NCBI GenBank assembly: GCA_016176335.1
Contig: JACOXI010000003.1
Location: forward strand, 258,477-322,476
Direction of reading: 5' to 3'
Source: Candidatus Daviesbacteria bacterium
Lineage (GTDB): Bacteria > Patescibacteriota > Microgenomatia > Daviesbacterales > UBA10151
DNA length: 64,000 nucleotides
The notes under the pieces: model-generated
Told to the model about the DNA's origin: nothing
The model's input: the letters and a program-made list of their open reading frames with translations, nothing else
Databases searched by the model: none
In this document: positions 30,379 to 39,204 of the stretch, one piece after another
Layout of the letters: every line of letters starts with the position of its first letter
Numbering within the stretch: the stretch's first letter is position 1
Translations under genes and position numbers: made by a program

Positions 30379-31968
30379 ATGCAGCATGATATGAGATGGA
30401 AAGTAGCAGGTAAACAAAGTGCTGGTCTCATCCAACAACTGCTTCTCAATCGTGGGATTAAAACTAATAAAGAAAAACAAGATTTTTTTAACCCGAATCT
30501 AGCCTCGTATAAAAAGGATCTGGATATTCCCGGAATAGAAAAAGCTCAAAAGAGAATATTTGAGGCAATAAAAAATAACGAGTTGATAATAGTATACGGA
30601 GATTATGATGTGGATGGAATTTGTGGGACTGCTATTTTGTATAAAGGGTTAACCTCACTTGGAGTAAAAGTTTTACCCTACATTCCGCATAGAGAAAAAG
30701 AAGGTTATGGATTATCAAGGATAGGTTTGGAATTTGCTAGGGATTCAGGGGCATCGGTTGTAATAACAGTTGATAACGGAATTGTGGCGATAGATCAGGC
30801 AAAATTGGCAAAAAGTTTAGGATTGGATCTTATTATTACCGATCACCATATCCTCGGAAAAGTTAAACCGGATGCATACGGGATAGTACATTCTACAAAC
30901 ATGTGTGGAGCAGCAGTTGCCTGGTGTCTTATCAATTCACTGATTAAAAAAGAGTTGGCCCAAGAACTTTTGCAGTTTGCAGCAATTGCCACTGTTTGTG
31001 ATCTGCTTCCATTAATGGGCTTGGGTAGAGCATTTGTTTTTGAGGGACTAAAGATTTTAAATCGCACAACCAACTTGGGGTTACTTGCTCTTATTAATGA
31101 ATCTGGTATTAGCTTGGGTAATATCGGCTCATATGAGATAGGTTACATTATTGGACCAAGGCTTAATGCCATGGGCAGGTTAGAACATGCCATAGATTCT
31201 TTACGCTTACTTTGTACTAAGGATCCTGCCAAAGCTTCGAAATTGGCCAAACTTTTATCAGAAACAAATGTCACCCGTCAAAAGATGACAATGGCGGCAA
31301 TTGATGAAGCAAAATCATTAGTGGACGAAAAGAAAAAGATTCATATTTTAAGCAGTAAAGATTGGTCTGCCGGTATTATTGGATTGGTGGCAGGCAGGAT
31401 CACTGAACAATATTTCCGTCCAACAATTGCTATTTCTTTGGGAGAGACAGTTTCCAAAGGTTCTGCCCGTTCGGTAGATGGAATAAATATTGTGGAGGTA
31501 ATCAGAAAACACTCTGATATATTAATTGATGTCGGAGGGCATCCTGGTGCAGCTGGTTTTTCCATCTTGAGTAAACATATAGACATTTTTAAAAAGAGAG
31601 TGGAAAGCGAGGAGATAGCCTTGCCAGAGTCAGAGCAGGTTTTAGCAATTGATGCCAAAGTTCAAACAGAACAATTAAACAAAACTTTAGTGCAGGAGTT
31701 GGAAAAATTTGAGCCGTTCGGTTTTGGCAACCCCAGACCAATTTTGGCAACATATGGAATGAGTATTTCTGATATTAGAATTGTAGGGGGAGGAAAGCAT
31801 TTGAAATGTAAAGCGGATGGGATTGATGCCATTGCTTTTGGAATGGGAGAGCAGGTTAATCTTTTAAGATCCGGCCAAATAGTAGACTTGGCATATAACT
31901 TGGAACTTGATACTTATAATAGCAATGATAAGTTACAATTAAAAGTTAAGGATATAAAAATTATTTAG
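30379..31968 (+). CDS. recJ: ssDNA exonuclease RecJ
   Basis: YGDYDVDG, ITVDNG, ITDHH, PRLNAMGR, GSARS, GGHPGAAG, EPFGFGNP. Confidence 0.97.
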   Translation: MQHDMRWKVAGKQSAGLIQQLLLNRGIKTNKEKQDFFNPNLASYKKDLDIPGIEKAQKRIFEAIKNNELIIVYGDYDVDGICGTAILYKGLTSLGVKVLPYIPHREKEGYGLSRIGLEFARDSGASVVITVDNGIVAIDQAKLAKSLGLDLIITDHHILGKVKPDAYGIVHSTNMCGAAVAWCLINSLIKKELAQELLQFAAIATVCDLLPLMGLGRAFVFEGLKILNRTTNLGLLALINESGISLGNIGSYEIGYIIGPRLNAMGRLEHAIDSLRLLCTKDPAKASKLAKLLSETNVTRQKMTMAAIDEAKSLVDEKKKIHILSSKDWSAGIIGLVAGRITEQYFRPTIAISLGETVSKGSARSVDGINIVEVIRKHSDILIDVGGHPGAAGFSILSKHIDIFKKRVESEEIALPESEQVLAIDAKVQTEQLNKTLVQELEKFEPFGFGNPRPILATYGMSISDIRIVGGGKHLKCKADGIDAIAFGMGEQVNLLRSGQIVDLAYNLELDTYNSNDKLQLKVKDIKII

Positions 31969-32173
31969 AGCCGTTAGTTCGATCTTCCACAGGCTCATAG
32001 GTTCTTGTAGTTGTATTAAAATACCACTCTTCAGAAACACCAGGGCATTCTCTTGGTCCTACTCCATTCCCAAAAATATTAGTACGAAGAGTTGCTTCTG
32101 GTACCAACCTACGGTCAGGTGTATTTTTAGGGCGATGATATGCTTCTAATCCTCCTCTTACTTCTGTTGTCAT
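31961..32173 (-). CDS. Hypothetical protein (70 aa)
   Basis: Strong SD AAAGGAGGAGG; ATGA overlap with the upstream gene. Confidence 0.6.
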   Translation of the reverse strand: MTTEVRGGLEAYHRPKNTPDRRLVPEATLRTNIFGNGVGPRECPGVSEEWYFNTTTRTYEPVEDRTNGSK

Positions 32174-32445
32174 TTTATTCCTCCTCCTTTCCGCACTTGT
32201 CTCAATGAAGAGCGAAGTGACTTTACCCCCCTACTGTAGACAGCACTATCAATAACTCCTGCAGCTAATTGGGTTCTAATTCTATGTATTTTTTCTTCAA
32301 TCTCAGCTAGTGGTGAGGATAATACTTGGTAATGTATGGGTGAACCGTGAGGTGACAACAGACGTCTTCGCCTGCCCCTATCAGCTAATCCTATCGCGCT
32401 TTCTGCTGTTGGATCTTGCCACTCTCTAAAATAACGTTCTTTCAT
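32170..32445 (-). CDS. Hypothetical basic protein (91 aa)
   Basis: ORF directly downstream of the attenuator terminator. Confidence 0.65.
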   Translation of the reverse strand: MKERYFREWQDPTAESAIGLADRGRRRRLLSPHGSPIHYQVLSSPLAEIEEKIHRIRTQLAAGVIDSAVYSRGVKSLRSSLRQVRKGGGIK

Positions 32446-32456
32446 ATTTTTTCCAT

Positions 32457-32482
32457 TAAAAAACCTCCCGTTTGGGAGGTCT
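32457..32482 (-). terminator. Attenuator terminator of the Leu/Ile/Val leader
   Basis: Minus strand GACCTCCC-AAAC-GGGAGGTT followed by a T run; upstream GGGGAGGTC can pair with GACCTCCC as antiterminator. Confidence 0.85.
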
Positions 32483-32507
32483 GATTCCTTTCTATTTTAG
32501 GTTAAAT

Positions 32508-32609
32508 TTACCTAAAAAGACCTCCCCAAAAAGTGGCCAAAATGACCACCAAAATAAGGAGGCCTACAATTAACAAATTTTCTCTTGGTAAACTAATCAC
32601 TTTTGACAT
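32508..32609 (-). CDS. Leu/Ile/Val-rich leader peptide (33 aa)
   Basis: MSKVISLPRENLLIVGLLILVVILATFWGGLFR*; promoter TTGCAT-17-TACAAT 7 nt before ATG; overlapping alternative hairpins. Confidence 0.75.
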   Translation of the reverse strand: MSKVISLPRENLLIVGLLILVVILATFWGGLFR

Positions 32610-32734
32610 ATTTAGTATTGTATCTTGTTTAAGTAAACAATGCAAGTGTCCGCAATATTCCCCATAGAAATTCGAGAATAGCGAGAAAAAGTTGCGTTTT
32701 CGTAAACTTTATATTAAGATTGCATCTTATAATA

Positions 32735-34336
32735 ATGTCTGCAGAACAAGATAAATCATTTTTGGTAATCGGCGGAGCTGATGGTATGGGTAACTGGCTT
32801 GTGCGCCGAGTCTTTGGACAGGTATCAGGAATAAATCGTATCACCCTTCTTGATGTTCGTCCTGTTGATCAAATTCCGAATGCTAGATGGTTAAGCGAGT
32901 TTGGCCAACTCCCTAATCCCATAGATGGTATTCAGGTAGATTATTCTGTCAGTCCTGACAGATTAATCCATGGATGGAGACCAATCGCTACAAATTCTAC
33001 TCCTCCAGAAAGTAGGCTTCCGTTATCTGAATATGATATCGTTATGCTGGGAGTACCTGCAGATCAAATATCTACTGCTGTCGCCAATATTTTTCCGCAA
33101 TTGAAAAGATCCGTCTGGATACTTGATATCTGTTCTGTTAAGCAGAAGCCCATAGAAATTATGCATCAACAAGCTCCGGAGGGAGCTTCTATTATTGGTA
33201 CGCACCCACTTTTTGGGCCAGCTGTACCTGATCTTATAGGGCAGAGGATGGTAATGGTTGAGACTCCCTCAACTAATTCTGATCATTTTAATTGGCTGAC
33301 CCAGCTCTATAGAGATCGTGGTGCTCTGATAGTGCAAGCAGCACCTGATGAGCATGACTATTATATGCAATTTGTACAGGGACTTACACACTTTAGCTTC
33401 TTCCTGTTTGGCGAAGTTTTAAGGCGGGCAATGTACAGAGGCTTTAATTTTGATCGTTCGTTTGATTTCATGACACCCCCATATGCAGCTGTTGCAGGGT
33501 TTCTTGGAAGAATAATTTCAGCTAACCCTAGGGTTTATGCCCAAATTCAGGCTGATCCTACCATGTTGCCTATAAGGGATTTGCTAGTTGAGTCAGCCCG
33601 TTCCTTAGTTTCTAGTTTCAGAGATTCTGATGAAACTGGAATTATTTTGGCAATAGAGGGTATAACTGGTCCTTTTCAAGAGCGTGGAGTTGCAAAAGGC
33701 ATTTCTCTTTCTGCATCTTTTGTAGCAGCAAATCAGGCATACTTTCGTTTGCTACAAGAACGTAAAGTTGAGGAGCGATTAACTGTTGTACAGGTAGTAG
33801 ATCCTATAGATACAGGTAGGGAAAGAGTTTATCATGCAGGACGACTAATTGATTTTGATGGTGAATCTTTAGTGCTTAGAGAACGTACCTCCTTCATAGA
33901 TGGTAAGTTAATCATAGTCTATGGTCAAGAATCCCAACGTGGTGCTGAGCGATTATTAAGAAAATTTGGAATGGGATTACCTAAAGGTAAAGAGATTCGT
34001 ATACACCATAAGAGAGCCCGTGTTTTGTCTGATCCAGAGACTGACCTGTGGAGAAGACTTAACCTATTGCATCATGTATCTGATATCCCAGTTATAACGG
34101 AAGTACCGACGCGATTGGAAGGACTTATAAGAAATATCCCTTTGCTCTGCCCAGATGTTGTCTCCTTAGCAACAAGAACAGTAGAAGAAGCTCGTTGGTT
34201 ACAGCGCTATGGATTAACTAATCAAATTTTGCACCTCACAGTTTATGGAGATAGGAATATGGCAGAAGTCCAAGCACAAGTAATCCAATTACTCTCCGTA
34301 TCAGGACTAAAGCTACATCAGGAGGTTAACAGTTAA
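32735..34336 (+). CDS. tyrA: Prephenate/arogenate dehydrogenase (TyrA family) with long C-terminal extension
   Basis: IGGADGMG Rossmann loop, DICSVK, IGTHPLFGP, EHDYYMQFVQGLTHF. Confidence 0.85.
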   Translation: MSAEQDKSFLVIGGADGMGNWLVRRVFGQVSGINRITLLDVRPVDQIPNARWLSEFGQLPNPIDGIQVDYSVSPDRLIHGWRPIATNSTPPESRLPLSEYDIVMLGVPADQISTAVANIFPQLKRSVWILDICSVKQKPIEIMHQQAPEGASIIGTHPLFGPAVPDLIGQRMVMVETPSTNSDHFNWLTQLYRDRGALIVQAAPDEHDYYMQFVQGLTHFSFFLFGEVLRRAMYRGFNFDRSFDFMTPPYAAVAGFLGRIISANPRVYAQIQADPTMLPIRDLLVESARSLVSSFRDSDETGIILAIEGITGPFQERGVAKGISLSASFVAANQAYFRLLQERKVEERLTVVQVVDPIDTGRERVYHAGRLIDFDGESLVLRERTSFIDGKLIIVYGQESQRGAERLLRKFGMGLPKGKEIRIHHKRARVLSDPETDLWRRLNLLHHVSDIPVITEVPTRLEGLIRNIPLLCPDVVSLATRTVEEARWLQRYGLTNQILHLTVYGDRNMAEVQAQVIQLLSVSGLKLHQEVNS

Positions 34337-34382
34337 TTATCAGCACCAATGCAGATTGATTTTAAATCTCCTTAATCTCTTC

Positions 34383-35468
34383 TTAAGATAATTTTTCAGA
34401 AATGAGTTGGGCTAATGTTGGTGCTTTTCCTAGCCCTAATTTTGCCCTCCTAAGATTAGCGGTTTCAGTATCGAATTTTATTTGATTTAAATTTGCCACA
34501 ATTTCGGCTATTTCAGTTCTACCAGTATAAGGTCTTAAGTTGCTGACATAGACCTGAAGAGCACTAGGGGTTCTTAAATCTTCAATAGTTGGTTCACCTC
34601 CAAAGCGTTCAGCAATTGGAATTCTTTGATAGGGGGCATGGAGGTGCTTTGCAGAAATAACTGTTCCTATCTCTTTATCTCGAGCAGGTTCCCATCCAAT
34701 ACCTTCAACTTCTTTCATAAGTAGTAAATATCTTAACTCTGAAGCAGGCATAAAGTTAATTCTCCGCTCACCGTTTCTTGCAAAAAGTAGCTCCTCTTGG
34801 CTGTACCCCCATGCAGGTGGATGAGTAAGTAGATATATTAGTGGTCGTTGAGGAACATCTAAGAGATGATCAGTGGTACCATTTCTATTATAGCGTTCTG
34901 CAACTTCTGCCAGACTAGAAGCAATAGTTGGATGAGTAATTTGAATATGCTGTACAATTGGTAACAAATGTTCTTCGGTTTCGCAGGTAATTGGGTTTCC
35001 TGCATCAAGAGTTACTCTTACACCACTTAATTCAGGATAATAAGCATCTTTATACGCCTCAATAAATCCCCTGATTTGTTGTGCATTAGCCATCTGGTTA
35101 TCTATATCTCCGCCATTGGCGTACACATTGCTATGACAAGGACTCATAATTCTAAGAGCAGCAAGGTTTACCTGATTAACCTCACGAAGGCGGCGGGACA
35201 AGCTTAATGCTGTACTTACATAACCAACTACTCTCGCAGGCAAATCAGTAGGACGAGTATTGGGCATGACAATCACGATACTCATTTCTACGGACTGCTG
35301 TCCTTCTCTCCAACCGTGGAGAAAATCTGGAGTTCGAATGTCATGTGAGGCAATGAGGGGAGAATTTATTTTTCCGTCTGAAGGATCAGTCAAAAATCTC
35401 CAACCCATTCTAGTTAGTGCCTCATAATACTGATTCGTCCATGGTTGATTGGCATGTCCTCTTTCCAT
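34383..35468 (-). CDS. Hypothetical protein (361 aa)
   Basis: Long ORF starting 2 nt downstream of the aminotransferase; no motif recognised. Confidence 0.75.
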   Translation of the reverse strand: MERGHANQPWTNQYYEALTRMGWRFLTDPSDGKINSPLIASHDIRTPDFLHGWREGQQSVEMSIVIVMPNTRPTDLPARVVGYVSTALSLSRRLREVNQVNLAALRIMSPCHSNVYANGGDIDNQMANAQQIRGFIEAYKDAYYPELSGVRVTLDAGNPITCETEEHLLPIVQHIQITHPTIASSLAEVAERYNRNGTTDHLLDVPQRPLIYLLTHPPAWGYSQEELLFARNGERRINFMPASELRYLLLMKEVEGIGWEPARDKEIGTVISAKHLHAPYQRIPIAERFGGEPTIEDLRTPSALQVYVSNLRPYTGRTEIAEIVANLNQIKFDTETANLRRAKLGLGKAPTLAQLISEKLS

Positions 35469-35470
35469 GG

Positions 35471-36586
35471 TCAGTTAATCTCCTTTAAAGAAGTTAAAAA
35501 TTTTTTATTTTTTTCTTCATCAGCGATAGTTATTCTTACAAAACCCATATTTTCAATTCCTTTTGACTTTCTAAAATCAGCAGTGAGAATACCCTTTTTT
35601 AAAAGTTCTTCGTATAAGTCTTTCGTTCTATGTTTCAATAAATAAATATTTGTTTTTGTATCTGCTCCTAACTCTAGATTTTTTAATTTAGAAATTTCTC
35701 TAAAAAGATTTTCCCTTAACCTTCTTGTTTCTAAGGTTGTTCTTTGAATGAATGTTTGATCCATAAGAGCAGCCCCAGCAAGATTGATGATTAGTCCAGA
35801 AGTCATCAGCATAGTATCTCGATAATTCTCAATTACTTCTATCATTTTTGAATGAGCTAAGGCATAACCAAAGCGTAAACCCGCTAATCCATAAGCTTTT
35901 GATAGAGTACGAAGAACAATTAGATTTTCATACTTATGAATTAATTTAATGGCAGATTTTTTATGCTTTGGATCGTAAAATTCAAAAAAAGCTTCGTCTA
36001 CAATAACAAGAGATGGCGAATTTTTTACAATTCTTTCGATTTGTTCTTGTTCATAAACTTCTCCAGTCGGATTGTTGGGATTACAGATCCAAATAATACT
36101 GGCGTTATTTTTGTTAGCTGAGTTGCATATCCTGTCAATCAAGATCGAATCAGGCTTAAAACAATTATTTGCAGGTAAGTTTAGATATATTACCCCACCT
36201 TGCATTAATAGTGAAGCTTCAGAAAATCTATAAAACGAGGGTACAACAATAATACTTTTGCTATTTTTATCCACAATCATTCTTGGTAAATAATCAATGA
36301 TTTCATTGCTACTATTGGCAATAGTTACATTATTCATTGAAAGGTTATATAAAGAGGCAATGATTTTTTTGATTTTGCTATTGCTGGGGTCGGTATAATA
36401 GGCTAGAATTTTTTTATCAATAGCCTTTAAGACGGTTTCAATATTGACACTGCCAAGTAGATTCTCTCCTAAATCAAGTCTAAGGTATTTAGAAAGATCA
36501 TCAAACTTTTGATCCTTAGAGAGATATCCAGTGACTCTAATCTTTAAATATTTATTGGTAATTGTATTTAGTTTCATTTTTTTCAT
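35471..36586 (-). CDS. PLP-dependent class I/II aminotransferase (HisC/aromatic type)
   Basis: CNPNNPTG, IVDEAF, LRTLSKAYGLAGLRFGY. Confidence 0.92.
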   Translation of the reverse strand: MKKMKLNTITNKYLKIRVTGYLSKDQKFDDLSKYLRLDLGENLLGSVNIETVLKAIDKKILAYYTDPSNSKIKKIIASLYNLSMNNVTIANSSNEIIDYLPRMIVDKNSKSIIVVPSFYRFSEASLLMQGGVIYLNLPANNCFKPDSILIDRICNSANKNNASIIWICNPNNPTGEVYEQEQIERIVKNSPSLVIVDEAFFEFYDPKHKKSAIKLIHKYENLIVLRTLSKAYGLAGLRFGYALAHSKMIEVIENYRDTMLMTSGLIINLAGAALMDQTFIQRTTLETRRLRENLFREISKLKNLELGADTKTNIYLLKHRTKDLYEELLKKGILTADFRKSKGIENMGFVRITIADEEKNKKFLTSLKEIN

Positions 36587-36615
36587 TAAAAAACCTCCGA
36601 CACAAAACGGAGGTT
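36587..36615 (-). terminator. Attenuator terminator of the Phe leader
   Basis: Minus strand AACCTCCG-TTTTGTGT-CGGAGGTT-TTTT immediately before the ATG; antiterminator AAAACGGAGGTTGG/CTAACCTCCGTTTT. Confidence 0.85.
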
Positions 36616-36659
36616 AGTCTATTTAGCTGATTTTTATTTCACAAAAACCAACCTCCGTT

Positions 36660-36710
36660 TTAAGCGAAGGTAAAGAAAAAGCCAACAGCCTTTCTTTGTA
36701 GTTTTTGCAC
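36660..36710 (-). CDS. Phe-rich leader peptide (16 aa, pheL-like)
   Basis: GTG start, MQKLQRKAVGFFFTFA*; TTGACA-18-TAAAGT (preceded by TGn) ends 7 nt upstream. Confidence 0.8.
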   Translation of the reverse strand: MQKLQRKAVGFFFTFA

Positions 36711-36780
36711 AGAGAGTACTTTATCATAAGAATTCAAGCCTTGTCAAGTTCTTTCACAAACTGATATTATGCAAGCATAT

Positions 36781-38151
36781 ATGGATCGCACATTAATTTT
36801 GGATTGTAAAGAGAAGGTTGGAAAAGAGGTGAAAATTTGTGGATGGGTTGTAACTGGCCGAGATCACGGAAAGCTCGTTTTTCTGGATGTCTTAGACAGA
36901 AGTGGAGTTATTCAAGTATTAGCATCTGGGGCTGACAAAAATGTTCCAGAGCTAAGACCCCAGGATGTAGTTTGTGTTACAGGAACTGTCAATAAAAGAC
37001 CACAAAATCTGGTTAATAAAAATATCCCTACGGGTGAAATAGAAATTTCAGCAGAAACTATTGAGGTTTTATCAAAAGCTCAAGAATTGCCTTTTGATAT
37101 GGGAGGTAAAGATTTGGATTTGCAGTTGCCAACTCTTTTAGATTTCCGATCCTTAACTTTACGTCACCCTAAGCTTAAGTCTATTTTCAAAGTTCAGGCA
37201 AGTCTGCTTGAGGGATTTAGGCAAGCAGCTTTAGATTTAGACTGTACAGAGATTGTAGTACCAACAATTGTGGCAGGAGCAACAGAAGGAGGGGCAGAAG
37301 TTTTTAAGATAGATTATTTCGGCCGTAAAGCCTACCTTTCCCAAAGTCCCCAGCTTTACAAACAAATGTTAGTGCCTGTATATGAGCGGGTCTTTACTAT
37401 TGCTAAGGCTTACCGTGCCGAACCCTCGGTTACCACCAGACATTTAACCGAAAGCACACAACTGGATATTGAAATTGGTTTTATAGAATTTGAAGACTTG
37501 CTGGATTTCCTGGAGGCAGTGGCGGTTAAAATGTTAACTGTTGCGGAGGAACAGTGCGGAGATATTTTATCTGAATTTGGTGTTGAAAAAATTGCTTTTG
37601 GCTCGCCTCGCTCCGCGGGCGGAGCGGGCAAAATTCCCAGACTGACCTTAAGAGAAGCTCAAGAAATAATCTTTAAAGAGTTTGGCAGAGATAATAGGAA
37701 TGAGAAAGATTTGACCCCGCAAGATGAGATAGATTTGTGTCAATGGTCGAAAGATAAACATCAATCGGATTTTGTCACCATCACTCATTTTCCAACTTCG
37801 GCAAAGCCATTTTACACCATGCCTAATCCAAAAAATCCAGAGTATAGTTTAAGTTATGACCTTCTTTTTAGAGGGGTAGAAATTTTAAGTGGTAGTCAGC
37901 GTATTAATGATTATCAGCAATTGCTCGATAGCATAAAAGGTCGGGGTATGAATCCTGATAATTTTCAGTTGTATCTTCAGGCTTTCCAGTATGGTATGCC
38001 CCCGGAGGGAGGATTTTCCTTCGGACTTGAGAGGGTTACGATGCATGTTCTAAATTTATCAAATATTAGGCAAGCCAGTCTTTTTCCAAGGGATATGGAA
38101 AGAGTTGATATCAGATTATCTCAAAACTCAAATCGCAAATCTCAAAACTAA
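36781..38151 (+). CDS. aspS: Aspartyl-tRNA synthetase, archaeal-type/non-discriminating (no GAD domain)
   Basis: RDHGKLVFL, TEGGAEVF, LSQSPQLYKQ, YRAE, EILSGSQR, GMPPEGGFSFGLER, FPRD. Confidence 0.9.
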   Translation: MDRTLILDCKEKVGKEVKICGWVVTGRDHGKLVFLDVLDRSGVIQVLASGADKNVPELRPQDVVCVTGTVNKRPQNLVNKNIPTGEIEISAETIEVLSKAQELPFDMGGKDLDLQLPTLLDFRSLTLRHPKLKSIFKVQASLLEGFRQAALDLDCTEIVVPTIVAGATEGGAEVFKIDYFGRKAYLSQSPQLYKQMLVPVYERVFTIAKAYRAEPSVTTRHLTESTQLDIEIGFIEFEDLLDFLEAVAVKMLTVAEEQCGDILSEFGVEKIAFGSPRSAGGAGKIPRLTLREAQEIIFKEFGRDNRNEKDLTPQDEIDLCQWSKDKHQSDFVTITHFPTSAKPFYTMPNPKNPEYSLSYDLLFRGVEILSGSQRINDYQQLLDSIKGRGMNPDNFQLYLQAFQYGMPPEGGFSFGLERVTMHVLNLSNIRQASLFPRDMERVDIRLSQNSNRKSQN

Positions 38152-38201
38152 AACTTTAAATCTTAAAACTTTTTAAAGATTTTACCTTTAAGATGTAGAT
38201 T

Positions 38202-38252
38202 TGACCCATTCGGCTTCGTTCAGGGTCATCCTGAGCATTGTCGAAGGATGAC
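38202..38252. repeat. REP-like palindrome doublet embedded in a heptamer array
   Basis: TGACCCATTCGGCTTCGTTCAGGGTCATCCTGAGCATTGTCGAAGGATGAC. Confidence 0.8.
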
Positions 38253-38283
38253 ATCTAAGATATAAGATTTGAGATTGTTAATA

Positions 38284-39204
38284 ATGAAATATTATTTTTA
38301 TTCTGCTGGTTTAATTATACTGGCTATTATTTTTGCAACTACTTTACCAATTCTTACCGAGCAAAGTGAAAACACCCTACTTAGTCTACAAATTCCACAG
38401 AATAACTCCGCAGTTGCCGGTATTCAAAAGTACAATATCCCCCCTGTTAGCAAAAATATCCTCCCTCCGGAAATTTCCGCCCGATCTGTTTTAGTGAAAG
38501 ATCTGGGAACAGGAACTATCCTTTATCAAAAGGATGCAAATCTGCCGGTACCTATCGCATCAACCACTAAGATTGCAACAGCCTTGGTTGCCAGCGAATA
38601 TTTTAATCCCAACTCAATTTTAACAGTAAATCTGGGAGCAGAAATAAGCGGTGCAAAAGTAGGTCTTTTAAAGGGGGAAAACTTAAGTTTTAGGTCTCTT
38701 CTTTACGGGATGTTACTTAATTCCGGAAATGATGCGGCTTTCGCAATTGCGGAAAACTACCCCGGCGGAGTATTAGGTTTTGTTTCGGCAATGAACAAAA
38801 AATCAAATGAATTAGGGTTGAAAAGCACACATTTTGAAAATCCTGCCGGGTTTGATGGTCCCAATCATTTCTCATCTGCCTTGGATCTTTCTAAACTGAC
38901 AGAGGAGGCTTTGAAAAATTACCAGTTGGCAAGGATTTTTGCCACCAAAGACACCAGTATTGTATCCTTGGATAAAAAATATGAGCACCAACTCCATAAT
39001 TTAAATAAGCTTTTGGCTGATGTTAAGGGAGTGCTTGGTGTCAAAACCGGTTATACGCAAGCAGCAAAAGAAAATTTAGTCACTTTGGTTGATAGGGATG
39101 GTCACAAAATACTGGTTGTTGTTTTGGGTAGTGATGATAGGTTTGGGGAATCAACTAATTTGATTGAGTGGACTTATGATAACTTCATATGGCCCCAATT
39201 TTAA
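38284..39204 (+). CDS. D-alanyl-D-alanine carboxypeptidase (peptidase S11)
   Basis: SxxK (STTK), SGN and KTG motifs; N-terminal signal/TM. Confidence 0.92.
   Translation: MKYYFYSAGLIILAIIFATTLPILTEQSENTLLSLQIPQNNSAVAGIQKYNIPPVSKNILPPEISARSVLVKDLGTGTILYQKDANLPVPIASTTKIATALVASEYFNPNSILTVNLGAEISGAKVGLLKGENLSFRSLLYGMLLNSGNDAAFAIAENYPGGVLGFVSAMNKKSNELGLKSTHFENPAGFDGPNHFSSALDLSKLTEEALKNYQLARIFATKDTSIVSLDKKYEHQLHNLNKLLADVKGVLGVKTGYTQAAKENLVTLVDRDGHKILVVVLGSDDRFGESTNLIEWTYDNFIWPQF

Noticed and set aside
36623-36727. Alternative 34-aa minus-strand leader ORF (MIKYSLCK...)
   Set aside because: Its ATG lies within the predicted promoter and it has no control-codon cluster; the GTG Phe ORF fits the attenuator geometry.
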